Of a stretch of DNA of 64,000 nucleotides, positions 1 through 22,461 are shown piece after piece; the stretch's first letter is position 1, and each line of letters begins with the position of its first letter. The notes under the pieces are model-generated. The model had not been told where the DNA came from. It searched no databases and saw nothing but the letters and a program-made list of their open reading frames with translations. Source of the DNA: the human T2T-CHM13v2.0 reference genome, Homo sapiens; NCBI RefSeq assembly GCF_009914755.1, contig NC_060932.1; one strand, given 5' to 3'. A program made the translations under genes and the position numbers.

Positions 1-332
1 CCTGGGCAATATAGTGAGACCCCATTTCATATACATACATATATATATATACACACACACACACACATACATACATGCATATATATATACACACACACGT
101 GTATATATATACATACACACACACACTTATATGTGTATATATATACATACACACACACATTTAAAATTAGCCAGGTGTGGTAATGCACACCTGTAGTCCT
201 AATTACTCAGGAGGCTGAGGCGGGAGGATCACGTGAGCCTAGGAAATTGAGTTTATAGTTAGCTACATGATTGTACTACCATACCCTAGTCTGGGCGGCA
301 GAGTCAGACCCTGTCTTGAAAAAAAAAAAAAA
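1..332 (+). mobile_element. Old Alu (AluJ-like) whose central linker is expanded into a (TA/CA)n microsatellite (28-160)
   Basis: Left-arm end at 1-27, right arm 160-318, A-tail to ~332. Confidence 0.85.
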
Positions 333-384
333 GATACTTAAGATAACCCTAAAGATTGACCACAACTTTTTAAAACATTTTAAT

Positions 385-1354
<970 letters not shown>

Positions 1355-1849
1355 TAATTAAGATAATAAAATACCTGTAAATTCCTGTTTGGAAAAAGTG
1401 AGATGATTTTTTTTCAAAGTGTGATATAAAATTAAGAAATATTATTCTAGTTAATTTTAATAATCAAGTATTTTGAAAAAAATATGAATAACACCCATGT
1501 ACTCAACACCTATCAAATATTAACATTTTTCCTTTTGTAAAATAAGGAAAACATTACAGATACAGTTGAAATACCCAGTATTCCCTTCCCGTTTTATTTT
1601 CCATGTCTTCTTCTTCAGAGGTAATAATACTATCCTGAATTTGGTATTTACCTTTCTCATAAGTTTTAAAAATTATTCCTTTATATAAATATAGGTATCA
1701 CAATATATAGCATTTCTTGAATACCATATACATGTATATGTATGTATGTGTATATATACATATATATACACACACTATATAATATGCTATACTTGTTATT
1801 CAGATTTATTCATGTTGATAAATATATAACTTTGTTTAGTTTTTTTTTT

Positions 1850-2066
1850 TTTTCAAACTGTAGGTTTCAAATCATTAGTAGCACAGAAAATCAATATAGC
1901 AGGTCATGAACTGCTTTAGAAAAAACAGAACAGTAAATAAAATGTATCATAAGTACTCAATTTAATGCCTATATACATATATGTATGTGATTATATATAA
2001 GCATATATATATTGAGTCATGGTATGAAATATATTTCTCACTGTAGGTAAAATATTTGAAAGTCAT
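1850..2066. mobile_element. hAT-Charlie MITE relic (Charlie4z-like)
   Basis: Ends tttcaaactgtagg ... tttgaaagtca resemble the recalled consensus; degraded. Confidence 0.4.
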
Positions 2067-2165
2067 AACATTCATTTTCACTACTATGTAATATTCTATT
2101 GTATGAATATGATAGTTAACTACTGTCCTACTGACATTTCAATTGTTTCCACTGTTTTACTAATA

Positions 2166-2762
<597 letters not shown>

Positions 2763-4539
2763 TGCAAGTTTCTATAATACTTACAAGTAGATTTGTTGGG
2801 TCATAGGGTATATGCGTCTTCAACTCTGCTAGATATTGCTTAATTCCTCTCCACTGTGTTGTTCTCAGCAACAGTGCACTAGGTTCCTATCATGCCACTC
2901 ATTAACATTATACATTAAAAATATTGTCAGTCTGATAGGTATGGAATAGGTCATTATTGTTTTAAATTGAATTCCCCTGATTAGTGGAGCTGAACATGTT
3001 TTTTGTGATTATTACACATTTGGGTTTCCTCTTCTATGAATTGGTTGGTTTTCTATTGCATTTGTTCATTAATTTGTAGTGTATTATAAAATGAGTTCTT
3101 TTTCTTTGTTGAGTAATGAACATTTTTCATCATCGTCACCCAGCTTGTGGCTTGTATTTTGACATGTGCTTGTATTTTGACATGTTCTTTGATGAACAAG
3201 CTTTTTTAATTTTAATGTATAAACTTACTAAGCTTTTCATTGAAAGTTTGTCCTTTTTATGTCTTTGTGCCTTACCTTATTTAAGAATTCCTTCCTCTCT
3301 GAGGCATAACAATTTTTGTCCTATAATTTCTCTAAAAATTAAAAAAAATATTGAATTTTTAATCCATTTTGAGTTTATTTTTGTGTTCGTTGTGAACAGA
3401 GGTAGATTTACTCTACCATCACTTGTATAAGCTCTTTTCAAGGCTCTGGGAGAAGCCCAAGTAATGTTCACATGGGTTGTGTTTTTACAAAATTTTCAAA
3501 AGTTAATTTATTTTGGAATTTCCTTAGGAATCCCCAAATTATAAGTTTTTGGCTTCATAAAACTTGGACTTCTTTCCTACATCTGAGGTAGGAATCTAAT
3601 TTTTCTCCATATAGGTAGTAATTGTTCTAGTATCAATTACTGAAATATGCACTCTTTGCCATTGATTGTCATATATAAAGATGCCATGTTTGAAGGGGTT
3701 TCTTTCTGGGCTCTTTATTCAGTTATATTGGCATGTTTGCCTATCCCTCTGATTTGTTTTGATGTAGTAGAGATTTCTAGGACTCTATCTGTCTTCCAAA
3801 AGGGTCTTAAACTAGGTCATTCCATTGATGATTTATTTTAGTGAAAATTACAGTTTTCTGATTTTGCTTGAAAGGCTTAGGTCAGTGGAAAAAAATACAT
3901 TGTTATCTGTAACTGGTAACTCCTCTCTTAAACCTTGACTGATTTTCTCACATAGTTCTAAATGATTTTTTACAGTGTCCCACAGCACTTTTTACATAAT
4001 CTACTTAATCATATAATATTTTAATAGGTCATTTATATCTGTGATTCCAATGAAACTGAGCTCCTTCAATGTGGGCATGCCTAAGTGACTGGTATGCTGT
4101 AAAACACATAGTGGGCATTCAAAGAATGTCTCAGCTAATGAGTAAATTCAGAATATTAAACTAACATACATAAATAACTTGAGCCAATGATGATTAGTTT
4201 CTTGCCAACTGGACTTATGATCTATACTGTGCCCAATTTTCATAGTGAGATAATATCTACGTGACTTGGATATTTGTTTACACTTAACTCTGAGGGTATA
4301 TTAAGAATCTTTACATGCTGTAACTCTTTAGGAAGCCAGTCAGAAGCGCACTGTACAGCTGCTTAATGTGTATGACTTTAAATCCAGAAAACTGTTGTTC
4401 TATTGATTGTAGTAATTAATGGTTTTTCTTTTTTCCTTCTCAAAAGGGAGAAATAAAGTCAGAAGACTTTGGTAGATTACAATTTTAACATTTCTGAAAC
4501 AAAGTTGAATTAAGATCAGCTTATGTCTATTATATGAAT

Positions 4540-4960
4540 TGGTTAAAATAATACTTCCTGCTGTGACAGATAACCCTCCAAATCTCAGTAAGTTTAACAG
4601 TAGTTTATTTCTAAATCATGGAAAATCCTAATGGATGTTACTTATCAGCAGTTGTTTCTCTAGGCAATGACTCATAAACTCAATCTCCTAGTTTTTGTCC
4701 TTAACATCTCCTTGGACCTTGGAGTCCTCTGCACACTTTTATCCTGCTTGGTGACGGAGAAAGACTAAGGCTGTCATGTGGGAGGCTTTTATGAGCCAGG
4801 CCTGTGCCTACATCACTTCTATCCACATTCAGGTGGTCAGAACTCAGTTACTTGACAACACCTGGCTGTTAGACAGCCTGAATAATAATCTAGCCCTGTG
4901 TACACAAGGAAAAGGTAAGCAGATTTCCTGAATAATTGTTAAAGTAAATCACTGTCATAA
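4540..4960. mobile_element. Old MaLR LTR (MLT1-type)
   Basis: Motifs ccaaatctcagt...tttatttct and catcacttctatccacatt...ggtcagaactcagt typical of MLT1J/K/L. Confidence 0.5.
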
Positions 4961-5204
4961 CCTATTAGGTACCACATAATATGCAAGGCATTAGGGATAC
5001 AGGTCCCTGTAGTTGAAGATCCCATATATATATCACACATAATAGAAAACTAAACAAAAAAAGAAGCCTTTCTCTAACTTTTTCAATCTTTTAATCTTGC
5101 AGCTAGAAAATCTAGGCAGGGAGATGGAAATAAATAAGAAAATAAAAAACAGAAATGAAGAAACAGAATGGTTAATAACCTTCTAAAGTGGAAAACACTG
5201 TGCT

Positions 5205-5732
5205 TAGGTGGGTTCATTGGTGAGTAATACCAAACATTTAAGGAAGAAATTATACCAATTCTGTATAATCTATTCCAGAAGATAGAAGCAAAGGAATACT
5301 TCCTAACTTATTCATGAGCCCAGCCTTACTATAATACCAAAATCAGATAAAGACATTATAAGAAAACCAAACCAATATTTCTCATGAACATAGATGCAAA
5401 AATCTTCAACAAAATACTAGCAGATTAAATCCAACAATGTATAAGAGGAAGTATAAGCCATGACCAAGTGGGACTTATCCCAAGTATGCAAGGCTGGTTA
5501 AATATTCAACAATCAATTATTGTAATCAATCACATTAACAGGCTAAAGAAGAAAAATCACATGTTCATATCAATAGATGCAGAAAAAGCATTTGACAAAA
5601 TCTAACACTTATGTTACGATAACTCTCAGCGAGCTTTAGCTTGCTAAAGAACATCTACAAAAACCCTACAGCTAACAACATACTTAATGGTGAGGAACTT
5701 GAAGGTTTTCTGTTAAGACCAAGAACCAGGCC
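5205..5732 (+). mobile_element. Old L1 ORF2 (RT N-terminal region) fragment
   Basis: Degenerate [17 protein letters not shown], DQVGxIPxMQGW and [12 protein letters not shown] codons. Confidence 0.88.
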
Positions 5733-6623
5733 TGCCTCTACAGAACCAACCTGCCTCAAAGTCTTGAGAACACTTAAACAATATTTGTGGGGGGAAGAAA
5801 AATCTTACAATACAAAGACATAATAGATTTGGAAAAGGCTTAACATTTGACAATTTAAAAAATGAGCAATGAAACTATTAGTGAAAAGGAATTAAATTTA
5901 TCTTCACTGCTTATGGTAAAGGGCACAGTGGAACACAGATTGAAAACTACAAATTTTTTGATACTTAAACCAAAACACAGTGCCCAGATAATTTTCCCAA
6001 GCCAGGAATTTGTCTATTTTTTGTTGGTTCCAGGAGAAAAATGGCATACGTTTAGCATTCCATATGTTTAGCATTCCATATGTTATTTGTTCAAACATCT
6101 TAGTCACATTTCTACTCCTATATTTGGCCAATTTATCTTAATATAGTGTTTTTATTTAATAGATCACCACAGAAGAAAACTAGGCCCTTTTTCTCTAGAA
6201 AAACGACAAGACCTGGAGCTACTGTTGTAGACTGCTGAGAGGTTCTATACAATTAGCGGAACCATTTTCTTTACGTTAAAACCTCTAAGTCATGGCTTTG
6301 ACCTGTGTTTCAGATGAAGCAGATAACAGAAAAACAAATTAATTCATTTGTATAATTTGGCAAGTTTTGATAATACTCAAATATTTGAGTTATTATGGCA
6401 TTTTTGTGAAGGAACAGCTGCTCTGAATTGGCAATTAGCTGCTGCTTCTTTTGGTGAAACTTATTTCCTTATTTTCAATCACAAAATAAACCTAAACACC
6501 TTGGCATCCTCAGGCCTCTTTTCTGTTGCAGTTACTGAAGCTCTTTCAAGAAATGGTAATTTTGAATTCCAGGAAAGAGCTTTAGGCATGGGTGGGTATT
6601 TAATAACCTTTTAAGAAATCTAG

Positions 6624-6930
<307 letters not shown>

Positions 6931-7639
6931 GGAGTCTAGTTTCAAAATGCAGTGGTAGGTGTTTTCTTCAGCGATAACCAAAAATAAGACAATCTGGGCA
7001 AAACTTGGGGAGCATGTCCTATGCGATTCCTTGAAGCCCAGTGTGTATTTTCCGAGTTAATGTTTGAGTTTCTTGACTTTGTTAGCTTGTAAGCTATTAT
7101 ACGGAAAGGTAATATTTTATACTCATTACAGCCTAATAAAACCAACACCGACCCTTACAACTCTGAATTCATTACTTATCAGTTATTTTCACTTTGTCTC
7201 TAGAACTCTCAATTCTGTCTTCATTTTGGTTATTCCCGCAGCTTCCCTAAATCCCACGTCAGACTGCAATCCTATGGTTCCCCGCAATATTCTCTTTGAC
7301 CATCCCTTCCCCCGCCCCTCATCAGCAAACTAGGGAGTACTTTACCATTGCTTTGTGAAAGTACCAGAATGCGAGAACTTGTCTACACGTTTGGCCAAAA
7401 CGCATCCTCCAACGGTGTATGTCCTAATCCCTTCAATTTTCTTCCCACATCCACCCTCCTTCCAGCAAATAAACCTTGGAACTAAGTTGAAATCTGTCAC
7501 TTATTTCGCTCCTCCTACCAGCGGCCTATTGCTTCTGCCCTCCCCAGTGAACCCAACCAAGTTCCTCTTCCCAGTCCTCCCATTTCTCAAGAAAAACAAC
7601 CACCTCTATTTTTTCAGGGCTTTACGTGCTAGGTGTGGT

Positions 7640-8420
7640 TTCTTCCTCTGCATCGAACCAGCGACCTGGGTGCCTCCCCACCCAAGACGGACCTCCACAT
7701 CGGGAACCGCCGCCGGCGCAGCGGCCCCAGCAGCCGCAGCCACCTTCTCCCCGGAGCGCCACTTCCGGATCTCGAGTGTTTCCCCTTTACGGTTCCCCCC
7801 ACCCCCTTAGACACCTCCTAGAGCTTTGTCCTAACTAGCAGGGTCGGAGCTGGGACCCTGGCTAGCAGAACGCAAGAGTTCTCCTTCACGAAGACGCGCA
7901 GAGTAGCTTCTCCAGCCTGAGAAATCCGGTCCGGCTGCGTAGAGTGGCAGCCGTGGAGGGACAGTTTGTTTTGAGCACCAAGTGGGACACACCCGGAAGT
8001 GGCGCGGTACAGGAGCAGCACTGCCGGCGGGGGCGGGTGCCAGGGACTTGGAGGTGGAGGGGACGCGGCGGTACTCTGGCGTGTGAGCCGAGGGTGGAGT
8101 GCAGAGGGAGCGGGAGCGGGACGGGAGGTCTTCTAGCTTTGGTTCTATGGTGGCAGATCCGGCTGGGTTCCGGGAAGCGAGGGCCTCGCGGGGTGGCTGG
8201 GTTGGTGAAGGGCTACTGCGGCCGAAGGGGAGCCCGCCTCACTTCATTCTTCCACTCTGAGGGACCCGCTCTCTTCTGGTCACTACGTCTTCCTCCCTCA
8301 CTTCGCTTGGCGAAGGGTGTTGTACTTGTGAGGAAGTCGCAGCTGGAGCTGGGAGTCCGCTGGAGTTTTTCTCTGTTTCTAAGAGGAGGCGAACGGCCGC
8401 TTTGGTGGGGACTTACTGCT
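7640..8420. promoter_or_regulatory. CpG island / TATA-less, probably bidirectional promoter
   Basis: Sharp GC and CpG enrichment against an AT-rich background; ETS motifs ACTTCCGG (7761-7768) and CCGGAAGT (7993-8000); GC box GGGGCGGG (8030-8037). Confidence 0.9.
8001..8082 (+). other. VPS13B: VPS13B exon 1 (non-coding 5' UTR)
   Basis: Lies directly after the ETS motif; donor GT|GTGAGC at 8082/8083; no ATG; matches my recollection of a ~0.4 kb first intron. Start is approximate. Confidence 0.7.
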
Positions 8421-8523
8421 TTCGGCCTGAGATAACGAACGCTCTTTCCTTCACTCTACCGCCGACTTCTAACGTTTCTGTCTACTCCTTTCAGCTTCCG
8501 ACTTCGACTCCTTACCTTAAAAG

Positions 8524-8670
8524 ATGCTGGAGTCATATGTAACTCCAATTTTAATGAGCTATGTGAATCGCTACATCAAGAACTTAAAGCCGTCGGATCT
8601 ACAGCTTTCACTATGGGGTGGAGACGTGGTACTCAGCAAGCTCGAGTTAAAGTTGGATGTGCTGGAACAG
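8524..8670 (+). CDS. VPS13B: VPS13B exon 2 coding part (exon starts 8495): MLESYVTPILMSYVNRYIKNLKPSDLQLSLWGGDVVLSKLELKLDVLEQ
   Basis: Acceptor ctcctttcag|C at 8494/8495; in-frame TAA at 8518-8520 before aagATG; 147 nt = 49 codons; donor CAG|GTAAGC at 8670/8671; chorein-N motif LSLWGGDVVL. Confidence 0.97.
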
Positions 8671-8801
8671 GTAAGCTATTTAGCTGTCATTAACTGGAAA
8701 CAGTTTTCAGCTTGTTTAGACGGTAATCTATTGTTTCCTAAGCTTTGACTTTATGCTGTAAAAACGTAACTTTTCTACTGACGTATTTTGAGCTACCCTG
8801 A

Positions 8802-9155
<354 letters not shown>

Positions 9156-9926
9156 TGCATAATTTTTAAAAATAGTTTGTTCCCAGTTTTGGTATATTAG
9201 AATGGGATTACTTAAAGTTGCTTTGACAGAAAGACGATTTCATTGTTCATGTCAGAATTGTTCGGTCTACTTACTCAATTTTCAAGCATTATGAATGTGC
9301 TAATTTATGTTGTCAAAATTCTGTATGAGCCTGGAAAACATCACATTCTCATTCTCCTTTTTGGGCAATGGAAGGGTTTGAAAGCCAGCAGGAAGGGTGG
9401 CTGGCTTGTGGGGGTCGAGGAAAAAAAGACAAAAAAAAAAAAAAAAAAGAGCAGATTCAGATCATGAGGAAAGATGACATTTCCCACGGCATCCTCAGAG
9501 TGTTGAGTAGATACATTGAGAATGGCAGTAAAATTGGAAACTTCTTTATTAATCGTTTTAGTTTCTTTTAACATGAGATTTGTCTGATGCAAAAGAACCG
9601 TAACTTCAAAGATCACATATTCATTAATTCATTTATTACATTTATTAGTAACATGCCAAGAAATTCTGTTAGGCTTGAGGATCTGTGCAAGCTCAGAAGA
9701 GTCAGAGACCAACTGCTTTTTAGGAGATAAGGGAAGACTTAATCTGACAGTGATGGTTATTTATAATTTTTAGTTATAGTCCACAGCCTCTTTTATTACT
9801 CTTTTATTAAGTCAATCTAGACTTAGCACTAAGAAATAATACTCCTGGCTGCTTCTTTTTCCTCTTCCCAAGGTTAGTTGAGTGGCTTAATATTTAATAT
9901 TTTCATTTTATTTTATTTTTTAATGA

Positions 9927-10254
<328 letters not shown>

Positions 10255-10361
10255 AACAGCTCAATTTTAAAATGTTTTACACCTGTGCAACTACTGTCCA
10301 ATTAAAAAAATGGAATGTTTCCAGCACCCCAAAAGGCTCACCTGTTTTTGTAAGTACTCCA

Positions 10362-13880
<3,519 letters not shown>

Positions 13881-13894
13881 TGTTAGTGGTTTTT

Positions 13895-15635
<1,741 letters not shown>

Positions 15636-15801
15636 TTTAAGTGTTAGGAAGAATTAAACATGAAGTCATCTGGGTAATGATGTAAAGTTATAAACTGCTG
15701 ATTTAATTTAAGACATATAGGATCATTTAGACTTTTATTTCTGGTGTTGTCAGTTTTGGTGAGTTGTATCTTTCAAGGAATTTCCCTATTTCTTGAAAAT
15801 T

Positions 15802-16002
15802 AGGGATCAGCAAACTGTGTCCTGGGCCTGCTTTTGTAAATACAGTTTTATTGAAACATAGCTATTCATTTTGTTTATTGTCTATGGCTGCTTTCGCCCT
15901 AAAACAGAAGGATTAAGTAGCTAGGACAGAGATTGAGTGGCTTGCAAAAGCCTAAAGTATTTACTGTCTCCCTCTGTACTGAAAAAGTTTGCTGTCCTGC
16001 TC
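15802..16002 (-). mobile_element. MER58A (hAT-Charlie)
   Basis: cagcaaact ... agtttgctg TIRs; internal gtctatggctgctttc and gcctaaagtatttact. Confidence 0.75.
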
Positions 16003-16051
16003 TAAATCGTTATATGTAAGGAATAAAGTTGGTTTTTTTGTTGTTTACTTT

Positions 16052-16655
<604 letters not shown>

Positions 16656-18178
16656 TGTTTATTATAAAGCTGCCTGATTTACAAAAATGTATCTATAGGA
16701 TCTGCTGTGATATCTTCTTTTCATGTCTGATGCTCGTAATTTGTATTTTTTTCATCGATATTGCTAGGGTCTTATTAATTTTATTAATATTTTCAAAGAA
16801 CTAATTTTTCTTTTTGTTGATTCTTTTTTGAATTGTACTTGTGCTTTCTTTGTCATTTATTTTTGTTCTTATTTTTATAATTTCTTTCACTTTTTTTGGA
16901 TTTGGTTTACTTTTCTTTTTTCTAGTTTCCTGAGTTGGAAACTTAAGTCATTGCTTTTTTTCAGTCTTTTTCTACTCAAATATATATATATAATGCTATA
17001 ATTTTTTTCTCTAACCATATATTTAGCACTGTCATGTGGGATTTCATGTTGTCTTTTCATTAAGTTAAAAAAATTTTATAATTTCCATTTTGATTTCTTT
17101 AATTATTGGGTTATTATTTGGCTTACTTAGAAGTATATTGCTTAATTTCCAAACATTTAGGAATTTATTAATTATCTTTCTGTTACTGATTTCTAATTTA
17201 ATTCCACTGTGGTCAGCAGCACATTGTCTGTATGATTTTAATTTATTAAAATGTATAAATATATAGTCTGTTTTTGTAAGTGTTTCATGTGCAATTGATA
17301 AAAAGTGTGTATTCTGCACTTGTTGCTGTAGCATTCTGTAAATATCACTTACCAGAAATTGGTCATTAGAGTTCTTCAAATCTTGTAAATCCATATGGAT
17401 TTTCATTGTTTGCTTATTCTGTCAGTTACTAGATGATGAGGTATGTCTGGAGATATGGAGATTGTGAATTTGTGTATTTCTCATTTTTAGTTTTGTTAGT
17501 TTTCACTTTATATATCTTAAAGTTATGTTATTAAGTGTATACAAATTTAGTATCATGAATCTCATTGTTTAATATACTTGAAAAAAATCATTCTGAAAAG
17601 TGTCCCTCTTTTTTTTCTTTTTGGTATTGTGGTCCCTCTTTTTCCTTGTTTTGGGTTGGGTTTGATTTTGTTTTTCTACTCTCAAGGTGGACATTTTAGG
17701 TTATTGATTTGAGATCTCTCTCTTTTCTTTTCTTTTTTTTTTTCTTTTGGACAAGGCGTTGCCCTGTTGCCCAGGCTAGAGTGCAGTGTTGATCATTGCT
17801 CACTGCAGCTTCGACCACATGGGCTCAGGTGATTCTCTTGCCTCAGCCTCCCAAGTAGCTAGGACCACATACATATGCCACCATTAACCATCTCTCCTGC
17901 TTGCCCCTCCCACCCCTTCTACCCTTCCCAGCCTGTGGTCCAGCTGTAATTTTGTATCTGTTAATAAACATCTTCCTAGTCCCCATTTTTTCTTTACCTT
18001 CCTAGTATCTAGTAACCACTGTTATACTCTCTACTTCTATGATATCAACTTTTTCAGCCCTATGTATGAGAATATGCAATATTTGTCTTTCTGTGCTTGA
18101 CTTATTTCACATAACATAATGACCTTCATTTCCATTCATGTTGCTGCAAAAGACAAGATTTTTTTTCTGGCATAATAG

Positions 18179-18498
<320 letters not shown>

Positions 18499-21400
18499 TG
18501 AGCCACTGCACCCAGCTTATACCACATTTTCTTTATCCATCATTCCTTTGTAGATGGATAGTTAGGTTGATTCCATATCCTTGTATTGTATATAGAGCTG
18601 CAATAAACATGGAGGTACAAGATATCTCTGTCATACTAATTTTATTTGTATGTACACCCAGTAGTGGGATTGCTGGATTATATCTAGTTCTATTTTCAGC
18701 TTTTTAAGGAACTTTTGTGGTGTTTTTTATAATGGCTGTACTAATATATGTTCCCACCAAAAGTGTGTAAGTGTTCTCTTTTCTTTATATCCTCAGCAGT
18801 ATTTTGTTTGTTTGTTTGTTTGTTTGGGTAATAGCTATTCTAACTGATATGATACCTTATTGTGGTTTTTATTTCCATTTTCCCTGTGATTAGTGATGTT
18901 GAACATTTTTCATATACCTGTTGGCCATTTATGTGTCGCCTTTTGAGAAATGTCTACTCAGAGCAATTGCCTATTTTAAAATTGGAGTCTCTTTGTGCGT
19001 GTGTGTGAGAGCGTGTTTGTGTGTGCATGCGCACATGTGTGCTATTGAGTTGTTTGAGTTCCTTGTGTATTATGGATATTAACCTCTTATAAAATACAAT
19101 AAAATATTTGTCTAGACCAAAGTCCCAAAGCATTTTCTCTTATGTTTTCTTCTAGTAGTTCCATAGTTCCAGGAATTACATTTAAGTCTTTAGTCCATCT
19201 TGAGTTGATTTTTGTATATGGTGAGAGATCGGGATCTAGTGTCACTCTTTTGCTTATGGATATCCAGTTTTCATGGCACCATTGATTGGAGAGACTGTCC
19301 TTTCCCTAATGTGTGTTCTTCATGCCTTTGTTAAAAATCCATTGGCCATAAATATGTGGGTTTGTTTTTGGTTTTGTTGTTCTGTTCTCCTGGTCTGTAT
19401 GTCTGTTCTTATGCAAGTACCATGCTGTTTTGATTACTATAGCTTTGTAGTTTATTTTGAAGTCAGAAATTGTGATGCTTGCAGATTTGTTCTTTTGCTC
19501 AGAATTGCTTTGGTTATTCAGAGTCTAGTAGCCAAATACAAATTTTATCTTTGCTTGTTATGTATCTGTAAAGAATAGCATTGATAATTTAATAGGAATT
19601 GCATTGAATCTGTAGATCTTTTTGGGTCATTTTAACAACAGTTTTTCCAATTCATGAACATGAGATGTCTTTCTAATTTCTTTGTGTCTTCCTCAATTTC
19701 TTTCACCAGTGTCCTGTCATTTTTTTTTGTAGAGATCTTTTACCTCCTTGATTAAATTTATTCTAAGGTATTTTATTTTTTGTAGCTATTCGAAATGGGA
19801 TCACTTTCTTGATTTCTTTTTCAGCTAGTTTGTTATCGTTGTATGGAAACACTACTGATTTTTGTAGATTTTGTATCCTGCAACTTTACTGAATTTATCA
19901 GTTCTAAGAGTTTTTTTGATAGAGTCTTTAGGTATTTCTGCATATGAGATCTTGTCTTCTGCAAATAGGGACAGTTTGACTTTTTCTTTTCCAATTTTGA
20001 TCCCTGTTTCAAAAAATTTTTTTCCCTTGCTTAATTACTCTGGCTGGGACTTCAGTACTATGTTGAATAAGGGTGGTGAAAATGGGCATTTTGTCTTTTT
20101 CCAGTTCTTAGAGGAAAAGCTTTTTGGCCCATTCTTGCATTCCTGGGATAAATCCCATTTAATTATGGTGTATAATCATTTTGCTGTGCTATTAGATTTG
20201 GTTTGCTAGTATTTTGTTGAGGATTTTGCATCTATGTTCATCAGGCATATTGTCTTGTTTTCTTTTTCTGTTGTTTCCTTGTTTGGTTTTGTTATTAGGG
20301 TAATACTGGCCTTGTAGAATGAGTTAGGAAGGATTTTCTATCCTTCAGTTTTTTGGAATAGTTTGAGAAGAATTGGTATTCTTTTTCAAAAGTTTAGTGG
20401 AATTCAGTAGTGAAGCCATTCAGTCCCAGGCTTTTCTTTGTTGAGTGATTTTATTACTGATTCAATCTCATTACTCGGTATTGGACTGTTCAGGTTTTCT
20501 GTTTCTTCTTGGTTCAATTTTGGTAGATTATATGTGTCCGGGAATTTATTTGTGTTCTCTAGGTATACTAATTTATTGGTGAATACTTGTTCATAATGGT
20601 CACTAACGATCCTTTGTATTTCTGTGGTTTGGTCTCTTTTTTTCTTAGTCTGTGTAATAGTTTGCTGATTTTGTTTATCTTTTCAAAAAACCAGCTTTTC
20701 ATTTTGTTGATCCTTTGTATTGTTTGGTCTCTATTTCATTTATTTTGTTCTGATCCTCATAATATCTTTCCTTCTACTAATTTTGTGTTTGTTTTGTTCT
20801 TGCTTTTCTAGGTCCTTGACATGCATTGTTAGGTTGTTTATTTGAAATCTTTCAACTTCTTGATACAACTGTTTAATGCTAAAAACTGTTTGTACTGTTT
20901 TTGCTATATTCCGTAGGATTTGCTATGTTGTATTTCTATTTTCATTTGTTTCAAGAAATTTTAAAATTTCTTGTTTAATTTTTTATTGATCCATTGGTTG
21001 TTCAAGAACATGCTGTTTAATTTTCGTGTATTTGTACAGTTTCCAAAGTGTACTTGTTACTGATTTTTAGTTTTATTCTATTGTGGTTAGAAAAGAAACT
21101 TGATATGACTTGGACTTTTAAAATTTTTGGAGAATTTTTTTGTGTGCTAATGGCAAGAATGTATCCCGCAGCTGTTGTTCTGTAAATATCTGTTAGGTCT
21201 ATTTGGTCTAAAGTGCAATTGAAATTTGATATTTTTGGCTGATTTTCTGCCAGCGATCTGTTCAATGCTATGAGTGGGGTGTTCAAGTCCCCAACTATTA
21301 TTGTAATGGAGTCTATCTCTCTCTTTAGATCTAATAATATTTGCTTTATCTATCTGAGTGTTCTAGTAGTGAGTGTGTATATATTTATAGTTGTTATAGA

Positions 21401-21583
21401 TGCTTGCCAAATTGACTTCATTATTATTATATGATGACCTTCTTTGTCTCCTTATATAGTTTGTGACTTAAAGTGTATTTTTTCTGATATAAGGATAACT
21501 ACTCCTATTCATTTTTGGTGGAACTTTTTTCATTTTTTCATTTTAAGTTTATGTGTATGTTTACAGAAGTGAGTTTCTTATAG

Positions 21584-21739
<156 letters not shown>

Positions 21740-22461
21740 TAAATTGCTGGGATTACAGGCACCCAACATCATGCCCAGCTAATTTTTGTATTTTTATGGA
21801 GATGGGGTTTCACCACGTTGGCCAGGCTGGTCTTAAAACTCCTGATCTCAGGTGATCTACCTGCCTCGGCCTCCCAAAATGCTGGGAGTACATGTGTGAG
21901 CCACTGTGGCCAGCCAGGTCTTGGTTTTGGTAATCCATTCATCCAGTTTATAGCTTTTAATTGAGGATTATAGTTTTTAATTTGGGGTTTTTATTTGTTT
22001 ACATTCAAGGTTATTATTGATAGGTGAGGAATTTCTGTTGTCATTTTGCTAATTGCCTTTTTTTTTTTAAATATATATCCATTCTTCCTTCCTTACTTTC
22101 CTATTGTTTATCTTTGCAGTTTGGTGGTTTCTGTGGTGATAAGTTTTACTTCTCTTTCTCATTTGTGAATCTGCTTCATCAGTGAGATTGACACTTCTTC
22201 ATGTTTTCATGATGGTAGTTATAGTCTGTTCGCTTTCAGTTCTAGGATTCCCTTAATCATTTCTTCTACATCTAGTCTAGTGGTGATAAATTACCTCATT
22301 TTTTGCTTCTCTGGGAGATTTTAGTTTTCCTTCATTTCTGAAGGGTAGTTTTACTAGATATGGTAATCTTGGCTCACAGTTTGTTTTCTTTCATCATTTT
22401 GAATATGGCATCCCATTGTCTCTTGGCCTATGTTTCTGCTGAGAAATCTGCTGTTAGTTTT

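Noticed and set aside
7355-8435. 151-aa and 163-aa ORFs over the promoter
   Set aside because: Non-ATG starts, CpG-island composition and no recognisable domain.
8524-8748. 74-aa single-exon ORF
   Set aside because: It is VPS13B exon 2 read through its strong donor at 8670/8671 into the intron.
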